Source of the DNA: Vitrella brassicaformis CCMP3155
Lineage: Eukaryota; Protista; Chromerida
Reading direction: 5' to 3'
Length of the DNA stretch: 19,270 bases
Assembly: GCA_001179505.1 (NCBI GenBank)
Contig: CDMY01000798.1
Location: 1-19,270 of the forward strand
Positions 9,489-19,270 of this stretch are shown piece by piece (position 1 is the stretch's first letter; every line of letters starts with the position of its first letter). The position numbers and the translations under genes were made by a program. The notes beneath the pieces were generated by a model, which was not told the DNA's origin, did not search any database, and saw only the letters and a list, made by a program, of their open reading frames with translations.

Positions 9489-10885
9489 ATGCTGCAGAGC
9501 GCCGATTCCTCTACGTCCTTGTCGGGCCTGCCCATCGCCATTCCCCTGGACAGACGACGGCCCTGCTGCATCGTGATCGCCTCCTGCATCGTCGTCTTCA
9601 GCCTGCTGCACAGCATCAGCACCAACTTCTCCAACCTCTTCGCCCTCATACCCTCGCGCACCATATACGGCGCCACCGTGGGCACACTCACCGTGCCCTT
9701 CGTGTGGAACATCGTGACGTTCAATCTGTTCGAGACGCACCCGCTTAAGGCGCTCATCACGGGGCCGGCGTTCTTCCTTCTGGGTCGGCCGATGGAGGAG
9801 CACTGGGGGTCGAGGGAGTTCATGCGGTTCCTCGCCTTCAGTGGGGTCATCAACGGGGTCGCTGTCTTCATCTACAAAGTCTTCCACTGGTGGGTTTATT
9901 TATTTGCGTGTGTGGGGGGGATTGCGCTGTGTGTCTGTACGTGTTGTGTCTGTCATCCGCTAGGTACGCCACTCTGTCCGAGACCGACTTCTTCCAGCCC
10001 TTATGCAGTGCGTGCGGTCTGCTTGCGGCGCTGACCGTGGGCATCAAGCAGGCGATGCCGATGGATGAAGTGCGCGCCTTCGGCCAGGCTATTCCCCACT
10101 TGAAGGGCCGCACCCTGCCCTTCATCTACCTCACTATCGGGTGCATCGGCCTGCTATTGGGGTTCGTCACGGGCGTCGAGTTCGTCCTCTGCTCCGTCGG
10201 CATCTTCAACGGGTACCCACACGCCTTTGCCTCCCCTTGCCCCTCTCTCAATAAACATGTGCTGTTTGCCCTTTTCTCTATGTGTTGCAGGTGGTTGTTT
10301 CTGCGTCATTACTTGTACTTCGAGCTGACGCAGGCGTACGGCGACCACTCGGTGGACTTTGAGCTGGCCACTCTGTTCCCGCAGCCCCTGCGGCCGGCGG
10401 TGGCGTTTGTGGCGTCGCTGGTGCACCAGGCCTTCCAGGCGTGCGGCCTCTTCAAGACGCGACGCGACAACGTGCCGCCCAAGAGCTACTACCTCAACGC
10501 GCCCAGAGGTCAGGCAGTGAATAAATAGATGGAGAGACAGACAGGTGTGTGAGTGGGTGCACATCTATGTGTGTGTGTGTACCTTAACAGTGACACTGAC
10601 GCCCGAGCAGGCGACGGTCGACCGATGGAGAAACAAGGGCAAGCAGGTAAGGCACACATGGATGGATGGATGGATGGATGGATAGCGAGGGATGGCTGGA
10701 TCACACTCTCTGCGAGCTGATTGGTTGTGTGTATGCGCATGTATCAGTTCCTCGATAAGTACATCAGTGGTGGGCAGGGACTTCCCGCGAGGTACAAGTA
10801 TCCTCAGCGGACCGCCGCCATGGCAGAGGAGGACCTCGAGAGGGACGGCAGCAAGGCGGCAGCGCCGCCCACACCACTCATATGA
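9489..10885 (+). CDS. TMEM115: TMEM115-like / DUF1751 rhomboid-superfamily integral membrane protein, about 353 aa, 5 coding exons
   Basis: join(9489..9889,9964..10212,10291..10508,10591..10646,10748..10885) = 1062 nt, open frame, all introns GT-AG. Family-typical segments: FVWNIVTFNLFE, GRPMEEHWGSREFMRF, GWLFLRHY, YGDHSVDFELATLFPQPLRP. A 5' UTR intron acceptor ends at 9451. Confidence 0.85.
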
Positions 10886-11143
10886 CTCACTCGGTCCGAG
10901 TGAATGATGGCCAGCTGCAGACCAATCGTCCTTGCCTGCCTGCCTGCCTCTCTTGTACAGTCATCCTAGCCGTAGGGAGGTAGCACTTTGTTCGTTGACG
11001 GCAGAGAGCCGTTGTGTCTACGTGGGCGTGATTGTGACTGTTTTTCTGTGTTGTATGTGCGCATGTATGTGTGACGGAAGACACCTTCAGACGTGACCTG
11101 TGTGCCTTTGCATTGGGTGCGCTGTCTGAGTGCCTTCAATTAA

Positions 11144-14069
11144 ATGCCCTGCCTTCACGGTTGAGCACCCTAGTCACCCTGCGTGACACGTCCTGGGGGC
11201 TCATCTTGGGGGCGTCTGAGCCGCGTCTCAGTCTCTCCGCAGGTGTCGCCAACGTCCCGTGTCCACAAGGTGCAGCTCGTCGCCCTTGTGCCCCTCCTGC
11301 TGTGTGCCGGCACCTCAGCCGCTGCGGCATCCGCCAAGGCCCTTCGCCGCCATGGCTCATTCCTCTCCCACACCGTCTCCACCAACGCCACTGCATTCGA
11401 GCACCAACGAGCCGGCGGCAAGGCCATGCGCGTCCGCACCTACACGAAAAAGCGATATGGTCGGTCTTACCCGCAAGGAATAGCCGCGGCGCGTTTTCTC
11501 ATGCGACACACACTCTCTCTCTCTCTCACTCTGTGTGCCTGTGTGTGTGCAGGGCCCCTCCGCATTCATTCCCGCTCCGGAGACATGCTGGGTGCGCTGC
11601 TGCGCGTCAACGAGCACTACGGCAACGACCAGAACATCGGCCGATACCGCAGCGCGTCCAAGACACTCAGACTCGTCGACAGATATCTCCGCGGCCTCAC
11701 CCGCAACAACGGCCCCCTGAGCGGGGACCAGTTCTGCTTCGAGGTGCACCCCCACCACTCAATCAAAGGCGGGGACCAGATCGGCTTCCCCAAGAAGGAC
11801 TGCTACTACTACAACGCGCTGGGTTCCGACGGGGAGAGACACGGCACCGTGAGCATCAATTAGAGCACACGCAGGACTCTGTCTTCCTTCGTGTCAATCA
11901 TGGGAATCTGTCAATGCAGATGGCGTGTTACCACCCTGATACGCTGCAGTTCCGCCACTCGATCAACCGGGGCTGCAGCATCCGCCGCATGAATGCCAAA
12001 GAGTCGCTGTTGACTGACAAGGCAGCCAAGGCCGCGTTGGGTCGGCGCTACCGCCGCAAGTCTTCGCAGACGTGGGAGGAGCAGATGCACGAGCTGCCCG
12101 GCATCTTCTCGCCCAAATATGAAGATGAGATGTTCAACCTGTCAGTCAGCACGACACACACACGACAGGACAGGACAGAACAGAACAGACCAGGCAGACG
12201 GCCCTCCAAGCCCGCCTGATGGCCTGTGTGTGTGTCTGTTAGGTACATGGATGACTTTGACATTGTGAGCAAGGTTGTGGGCGCGGAGGGCGACCAGCAG
12301 GAGGAGTATCTCAAGTGCCAGCTTTACGTCAGGAACAGGACAGGACGGCCGTGTCTCTCTCATTTGTAGTGCCATCCATTCACCCGTTCGTTTCCATGTG
12401 GCTTATGCCCGCAGGTTGTGATTGACTTCCCCGAGCTGGGCATCACCAAGGAGGAGCTGGGATTCTTCGTCTCCCACTTCATGCAGTTCTCCATACACAG
12501 CAACGCTCTGGTAGTAATGGGTGCAATTGAGATGCACACTTCTCTCTCGCGTTTTGTGCTTATGCTGTTGCAGTGCCCCGATGGCCTGCATAGTGTGTAG
12601 ACAACCTCCTCTGCACACACTGATGGGGTGGGTGCGAACATCTGTGTCTTTCTTGCGTGTGTGAGCAGCGACAGATTTCAGCTCCCTCCCCGTCAAGGAG
12701 CCTCCCGCCCCGTTCATCCCGCCTCCCGCCGACCCCGATTCAATCGGTTCCGGACCTCTCTTCATCGACCCCCTATTCGGAGACGCCCAATCCCTTATCG
12801 AAGGTCAGACATAAAGGAAGAGACCGCTGCACCCTCGTATCATCGCTGTGTGGGCGAATGAAGGCGCTATTGACGAGAAGGCATTTGCGCTAGATGCGTA
12901 CAAGGCCCAGGTTGAGCAGCTGCTGCAGCCGGTGAACGCTGTGGAAGATCTGCTCAGGGAGCAGCAGGACAAGGACGGCCCCCTTGGCATCCTTGCCGGT
13001 GATAATTACTGTGTGGATGTGCTCCCCGGCCTCCCCTGGGACGACCGCGTCTTCATCAAGAAGGACCACTGCTACCGCACACCAAACGAATTCGTCAGAG
13101 AGAGAGAGAGAGAGAGAGGGAGACGTGCCGGGACAATAGAGAGAGCCACACGTCTCTCTAGCTGTGTCTATTCGATTGTGTGTAGATTCTGTGCAATGCC
13201 ATGGACGGAGAAGATCGCGGCCAGATCAGCTGTAAAATCCGACACGAAAACGAAGTGGGCCAGATATTCATGACATCCATCTATCCGCCGACTCGACGGA
13301 TCCTGTGCGTCACTCCCTGTGTGTTTAGGAGCCGTTCAGCGGCCACATCAAAGATGTCAAGGCGCACTACGGTTCGCTGCACTACCCGCAGCACATGATC
13401 AACGACGACAAGTTCGGCCTGCGCTTCGACGTCTTCATCGACCGGCACGGGCAGATCCCCTCGTGGTTCATCCCCACCTGCCGCTACCACCTACACCTCA
13501 AACTCTACCACAAGAGCTTCAAGGGCACAGGACGGGTCGACCTCCAGTGTACGTGACTTGTATCCGTCTCTCTCTCTGTGCGTGTATGTATCTCTCCCTC
13601 TCTCTCTCTCTGTGTGTGTGTGTGTGTCTGTGTCTGTGTCTGTGTGCGTGTGTGTGTGTAGGGGTGGGCCACAGCGACTACCTCTGCCCGTCAACCCCCC
13701 AGTCCCCGCCTGACTTCGCGTCGATGGAATACCACACGAGCGAGGAGGAGACACAGCCCAAGGAGGAGCCCAACCCGTTGCTCAAGGCCAATGATGTTCT
13801 CAACCAGATCGACGCTGAGGACGGGCCCAAGCCCCCACCCAGTGCTGGAGAATCCGCAGCAGCAGAAGGTACCTGAGACATGAGCTCGTTTCGTAAGGAG
13901 AGCGAATGTATGTGTGTACCTTTCTCTTGTTCATTCAGCGCCCGCTGCTCCCGAGACACAGCCCATTGCTCCTGCTCCCGAGGTCTCCGAGCCACAGCCC
14001 ATCGAAGAACTCCCAAAGAAGGAGGAGCTTACCGGGGGAGAGGCGATTGAGGCTGGCACTGAGGCATAG
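11144..14069 (+). CDS. Predicted secreted protein, about 648 aa, 13 exons, with two internal copies of a six-Cys domain and a Pro/Glu/Ala-rich tail
   Basis: join(11144..11159,11232..11459,11553..11848,11920..12140,12243..12327,12415..12510,12574..12592,12675..12803,12864..13093,13186..13254,13329..13548,13662..13868,13939..14069) = 1947 nt, open and phase-consistent, all introns GT-AG. A hydrophobic signal-like segment VQLVALVPLLLCAGTSAAAASA lies near the N-terminus. The first exon and start codon are the least certain parts. Confidence 0.8.
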
Positions 14070-14438
14070 ATCACCGATGAACGCCAGTAGACGAAGCCAT
14101 CAACGATCCAAAGACACACACTCACAACGATCCATTCCTTGAGTTTTGTTTGCATGAGAGTGGACATCCTTGCATGAGGAACGCTTGATTGACGTGAACA
14201 GTGAGTATGGACGCAATTGGTAAGCAACAGAGTGACTGATGAAGGATGAGAAGGAGAAAAAATCGTCATAGTCCCAATGAAGTCATCGTCAGATTTGAGG
14301 TCATTTGTGCGCCCCCTTGCTCCAAAATGGCGTCACACAATGACTGCTCAAAAAAGAATGTGCACAACCCTGCCGTCCCTCGTCACCCATATCTAGTGTT
14401 TCGGCTTCCAGCAAAGACATCGCCCCCTTTCCCCCCTC

Positions 14439-14738
14439 NNNNNNNNNNNNNNNNNNNNNNNNNNNNNNNNNNNNNNNNNNNNNNNNNNNNNNNNNNNNNN
14501 NNNNNNNNNNNNNNNNNNNNNNNNNNNNNNNNNNNNNNNNNNNNNNNNNNNNNNNNNNNNNNNNNNNNNNNNNNNNNNNNNNNNNNNNNNNNNNNNNNNN
14601 NNNNNNNNNNNNNNNNNNNNNNNNNNNNNNNNNNNNNNNNNNNNNNNNNNNNNNNNNNNNNNNNNNNNNNNNNNNNNNNNNNNNNNNNNNNNNNNNNNNN
14701 NNNNNNNNNNNNNNNNNNNNNNNNNNNNNNNNNNNNNN
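14439..14738. other. Assembly gap (300 N) flanked by C-rich sequence
   Basis: Run of n characters. Confidence 1.
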
Positions 14739-14772
14739 CCCCCGCCCCTTATCGCCTCCGTGCAGCTGCTCA

Positions 14773-15694
14773 TCAAAAGGCAGCCCGGCCATCGGTCTCC
14801 TCCAGCGATGGAGCAGAAGACATGCTGGGGGTGGAATCGGTTGGCGGAGGGCTTAGCTGCTTTGTAAGAAGGGACTTCTTCCGGCGGAGCTCCTCATCAG
14901 AGTCCGTACTCACAACAGCAAACTTCAACACGTACCTGACAGACAGACACACAAACAAACGACAGGATACAGGCCGTTTGTGTTTCCCCCTTAGCCACTT
15001 CTCGTATTGCTCACTGCAAAAGAACGCCACTAAGGCAGCTCAGCTCTTCTCTCGAGAAGTAGGGCTGCTGGCCCCAGCCGCCGATGTGTCGGCGACTGTT
15101 GATCATTTTCGACTCGAAGCGGAGCAAGATGCGCCCGACAGCATCCATTTCGACGGTGTCAACCGACGCCGGAGACATGGGTGACATGGTCTGTGGAGTT
15201 GCGGGCACTGTTGCCGGCACTGCGCGCAGGGACCCCAGGGCTTCACAGAGTATGTTGCATAGCTGCTCGAAATCCTTCACTGAGGAACGGAAAAAGGTGA
15301 ACGAGTCTGTTTGCTCGGAGGTTTCTCAGCTTACGGGAAAGCCGCTCGTCGAGACCAGCCAGTTTGTCTATCTCCAAGAAGGCTTCGGATGGTCTCTGTA
15401 TCGTGAAGATGAGCAGTTTGCTGAAGAACACGTTGGCCTTGATGTCAGAGGCCTTGAAAACCTTGTGCACGTGCGGGAGAGCCTCCTCTATCTCGTCAAG
15501 CACCCTCCTCAGCACATCACCGTAGCTCGTTGGAAGCGATATCAGATCATGGAGGTTCTCCTGCACCCGAAAACAGAGCAAGAAACAGGCCTTGCTCCAG
15601 TCCCTTTCGCCCTCTCCTCCTTTCCCACCCGCAGTAAGAGAAAATCCCTCAGGGAGGGCTCCAACTCAGTGGGTTTTCGCGCCGCGCTGGCCAT
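14773..15694 (-). CDS. Hypothetical protein, multi-exon
   Basis: complement(join(14773..14935,14999..15013,15114..15279,15335..15560,15629..15694)) gives MASAARKPTELEPSLRDFLLLR|ENLHDLISLPTSYGDVLRRVLDEIEEALPHVHKVF...DERLS|LKDFEQLCNILCEALGSLR...ILLRF|DEQYE|KYVLKFAV... with GT-AG introns. An alternative in-frame ATG lies at 15760. The 3' exons are less certain. Confidence 0.65.
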
Positions 15695-15885
15695 TTCTCT
15701 TCGCGGTGAGCGAAGCAACTTGGGGGCAGAGGGAGATCGGCCCCCGATAGCGCGCGCCATCACGAAGCCCCCAGTCTTTCGTGAAACAGCCCAAACGAAC
15801 CCGTTCTCCTCACCTATCTCGGGGCCGTCCTTCCCCGCCACCGCGAGAGCCTTGGTGGGTTCGGGATTCTGGTAAGAAGCCTCTG
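15695..15885. promoter_or_regulatory. Short divergent intergenic interval, putative bidirectional promoter
   Basis: Head-to-head start codons at 15694 (or 15760) on minus and 15886 on plus. No specific element was identified. Confidence 0.35.
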
Positions 15886-18104
15886 ATGGATTCCCGCGGC
15901 CTGAGCAGCAGCCAGCGAAGCACGGCGAGCACTGAGGTGGATCCCATGATGCCTCGAACTCCAAAACGTTTCTCTCTCTGGCCAGCTGTGTGGCTTGCAT
16001 CATCACGAGGAAATTCGAGGACACTCGCAGCTCAGAGGACCCATTCTTGTCAGTGGCAGGAAGCAGAGGCCCCGGCAATGAGTGCGGCAGAGAGGGTGCT
16101 GCATGAGAGAGTGCCGCTGCTGCGGCTTGTGGGCATCACCATGTTCTGCATGGCGTTCGGCACCTGCACTTCTGTCTTCCCCCTATTCCTCTTCGCGTAA
16201 GCGATGCTGGCCGAAAGCAGTGACAACATGAGCTGTCGTGTTTGCACTGCAGGAAGGAGGCAGCGATTTTGTTCCCCGATCATGCAAGTGTGGGCCTCGG
16301 CTGCCTGTGCGGTGTGGCGGGCCTGGCCCACCTTGCCGTGCCAATCGCCGGCAGACTCAGCGACACTACATTCACCAGATTGGGAAGACGTATGTGTGTT
16401 TGTATGTGTATGTGTTTGTGTCGTGGATGGCCTTTCCCTATGTCTACGTGTCTGGTGTCACATCCAATCAGGTCAGCCCTTCATCCTTGTGGGGTCGATG
16501 GTGTGTCTCGTCGGGCTTATCCTGATGGGCACGGCCTCCTACCTGCGGTCAGCTCAGCTGTACCTCCCGGCTGTGCTCGTCGGCATGATCGGACTCAACA
16601 CGGCACAAGGCACGCACACACACTCATGCGCCAATCACTTCCTATATGGGTACCTGGCTTGTGTGGTATCGTATCTTATCGTCGTAGCTGCTGAGAATGG
16701 TCTGGTCCCTGACTTTGTGAGTGCAAGTCAGGCGGGCCAGGCCAGTGGTGTGGTGGCCCTCCAGCACTTCGCGGGCTCCATCGTGGGATTCTCCACAATC
16801 GCTGTCCTGGCACTCTTCCCGGTGAGCGGGGACATGGTCCAAGAACCTCTCGTGTGTGTCTGATGGCATACTCTCTCTCTGTCTGCGTGGCAGCATGCGG
16901 ACTATCGGCTGATGTATGTGTTCGTGATGGCCGAGCTCGTCATTTGTGTGGTCATCACAGTCATGTAAGACGGCCGGACGAGCTTGCAATACAACGAGCA
17001 GCAGCAGCGTGTCATGGTCTTTCTCTCTGTCAGGTCTGCGTCCGAGAGATGCTACGACGAGAACCAGCTCAGGAGTGTCTCCATACAAGAGCTGCTCACG
17101 TACAAACACACACACAGCTGGAAGCCGCACGCATGTGTGTAGTGTATATTCCCACCTCGTTGCCCATGCAGGGCCTTCTATCAGCCGCTGCTCGACCCAG
17201 ACTTCTTCTGGGTTTGGCTCTCGCGAACGATATACTACTTCGCCGTCTCGGCCCATGTCTTCCTGTTCTACTTTGTGAGAGACGTAGTCGTGAGGGAATC
17301 CCAGAACAACCAGGAGCTGCAGTTCGGCATCATGGCCCTGCTAGGTAAGTAGGGCGGCCAATGACCCTGTTTCTTGGCCGATCGTGTCTCCATTTCCCTG
17401 GCGCAGCCCAGTTTTCCGCTGCTTTGATCGCGTTTCCCGCCGGCCAGCTGTCTCAGCTGCAGTGGGTCGGCCGCAAGCTGCTGATCTACATCGCGGGAGC
17501 ATTGCTGGTCTCAGACTTATTTAAATCAACCACAAACTGAGCCATATATGATGAGACATTGCCAATGTCTTCTGTCTCCGTCTCCGTCTCTGTGGCACTC
17601 AGGTGGCGTCCTACTTCTCCTTTCTGCAGACGCCCATGTGGAGCACCCCCTACCGGAGGATAGCATTTCTGTACTTTGTGTCATTGCTGTACGGCATCGG
17701 CAATGGGCTCTACGTGGGAGTCGACTACGCCATCGCTCTCGACTGCCTGCCTTGCCGAGAAGCCGCCGCCCAGTACCTCGGTGGGCAAGCCGAGGCACGA
17801 GACAGCGGCACACGCGTGCAGTGGCAGTGGTGTGTGTTTTTGGTCAGGTACTTGGAGCATCGGTTCCTTCCTTGGTGGCACTATTGGGCCTCTGCTCGGG
17901 GGCATGATGCTGCACTTCTCCGGGCGCAGCATGTCCCGTTGGTTCAAAGATGGTGACTGAAAGCTCATGACGGCTGGGGACAAGGCTGCGGCGCCGCACG
18001 TGCTGCACTACTCGTACCAGGGGTACGTGGCCCTCCTTGCCAACATCGCGCTGTTTGTGTGGGTGGCCGCGTCGCTGCTCAGGTACGTGCGTAAGACTGG
18101 GTAG
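15886..18104 (+). CDS. Major facilitator superfamily transporter (12-TM, sugar/SLC45-like bacterial-type MFS); contains an in-frame TGA at 17958-17960
   Basis: Exons: about 15886..16196 (possible extra intron 15988-16053), 16253..16389, 16472..16609, 16688..16821, 16894..16964, 17034..17099, 17172..17344, 17407..17507, 17603..17780, 17848..18104. MFS motif A appears as AGRLSDTTFTRLGRRRQPF. Other segments: NTAQAAENGLVPDFV...GQASG, DFFWVWLSRTIYY, GQLSQ..VGRK, YGIGNGLYVGVDYAIALDCLP, GGTIGPLLGG. The true start codon is uncertain (16078 is an alternative). Confidence 0.85.
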
Positions 18105-18250
18105 TGTGTGCGCCTCTCTCTGCGTGCGCTGCATCTGTGTGGGGATATGTCGTGCGAACACTGTGACATTGAGATTCGCATTCAATGACATAAGAGAGCA
18201 ACACGGCAGTCTGTTTCACATTCCCTCTCACAGCCCAGCCCTGTCTCCTC

Positions 18251-19186
18251 TCACAGGAAGTCGATAGCCACCCTCTCACTGTGCCGCAACGTCACGATCT
18301 CGCCTCTCTCATCTCCCGTCTCTCTCGATCTCACTGCTGCCTTTTTCTTCTTCCCTCCCTGCCCCTGTGTCCTCCTTCGCTTCTTCTTCGCAGTCGGCTT
18401 CACACTCGCCGGCAGTGGAACCAACGCGGACTCAGACAGACCCTGTGTGCTGGCATTTGTCGGCTGCTGTAGCTGCCTCTGGGGCCTCCTGACCGTCTTG
18501 ACGGCCGGCGGGCAGCAGAAGGGCGGCGACAGAGGAGGGGAGAAGAGGGTGTTTTGGATGGTTTGCCGCTCGAGTGGATCGAGCCTTCCCAAAAGGTGTT
18601 CAAAGGCGTTCATGTCCACCCTTAAGCTGTCCAGGCTTTCTTCCAGCTTCCTCTTCATGGCCATCAGAGGCTCGAGGCCTGTTGCGGCCGTATGAGCTGG
18701 GGAAACCCTGCACACGGAGACAGACGAACGTCACACACCATCCTGCCGAGTGTGCACGTGATCTTTCGGCCTACCTGTATGTGCCACTGGGAGGCCGACC
18801 ACACACTCCTTCCCTTCCCCTATCCTCATCTTCTTCTTCATCATGTTTCCCAGCCCCCACAGACTCCCCAGGTGAGCTGCTCCCGTTCGATGGCATCAGC
18901 GGGTTCTCGTCACCGCGGGAATGGCACTGCCTGCAGCTGCTGGAAGTCTCTCGTAAGCGTGGACAGATCCTTTTGAATGTCGCACAGGTCCCGCTGCACG
19001 CCAATAAGGGGAGGGGTCCCAGGGCAGGGGCAGGCCGGATCGGCGAAAGAGCGGTTCGTGGTCTGCTCCTCTCCGAGCGCCAGTCGCCGAATCGGTCGTA
19101 GCTGCTGCTCAAGACCCTCGGGCCATCCAGGGCTGGTGAGGGCTCACGTGGCTGCTCATCTTTGCAATGGACATCTTACCCCCCAT
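18251..19186 (-). CDS. Hypothetical protein with a coiled-coil segment, an acidic patch and basic NLS-like clusters
   Basis: complement(join(18251..18707,18775..19132,19180..19186)) = 822 nt, open, GT-AG introns. Contains MKRKLEESLDSLRVDMNAFEHLL, DEEEDED, KKKRRR and KKKK. The middle exon structure is ambiguous (see findings). Confidence 0.55.
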
Positions 19187-19270
19187 GATTGAGTTGGTGA
19201 TTTCTCGGCTGTTTCTCCTCCTTTTCGGATGAGCGAGCGTGTATCGGACTACACCCAACCCCCTCCACCT

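Noticed and set aside
11352-11372. GSFLS after the signal peptide as an apicomplexan-type aspartyl-protease maturation site
   Set aside because: Only a partial match to the S-hydrophobic-x-E consensus, and too short to support.
11071-12219. 382-aa plus-strand ORF
   Set aside because: Off-frame overlap of the secreted-protein exons that runs through microsatellite introns (TLSLSHSVCLCVC).
14246-15184. ORFs spanning the N-run
   Set aside because: Artefacts of translating through the 300-N assembly gap.
15084-15875. 263-aa plus-strand ORF
   Set aside because: The minus strand gives a phase-consistent GT-AG spliced model over the same bases. The plus ORF has no supporting splice structure or motif.
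18183-18240. Possible SECIS element downstream of the MFS in-frame TGA (ATGA-N11-AA at about 18185)
   Set aside because: There is no GA 18-27 nt after the AA to complete the non-Watson-Crick quartet and no convincing stem. Selenocysteine in an MFS loop is also not expected.
1-19270. rRNA, tRNA, transposase or reverse-transcriptase genes
   Set aside because: No recognisable cloverleaf, rRNA signature, or DDE/RT motif was seen by eye. tRNAscan-SE, Infernal and RepeatMasker runs would be needed to exclude them formally.

Overview
Intron-rich, GC-rich eukaryotic nuclear DNA with short (about 45-115 nt) introns full of (GT)n/(CA)n/(CTGT)n/(GACT)n microsatellites. This style suggests a chromerid alveolate such as Vitrella, which is an inference from style and not a database match. 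The left half (1 to about 7.1 kb) looks like decaying sequence. It holds a 1103-bp-period tandem duplication of a broken plus-strand gene, a microsatellite-rich stretch with three degenerate repeat units, and a multiply frameshifted minus-strand gene containing a divergent protein-kinase domain. The right half holds spliced genes that I reconstructed by hand with consistent exon phases: TMEM115/DUF1751 (+), a 13-exon secreted protein with two copies of an unrecognised six-cysteine domain (+), a hypothetical gene (-), a 12-TM MFS transporter (+) with a GC-AG intron and an in-frame TGA before its last helix, and a hypothetical coiled-coil/NLS protein (-). There is a 300-N assembly gap at 14439-14738. 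I recognised no rRNA, tRNA, CRISPR array or transposase. All family calls come from motifs read by eye.
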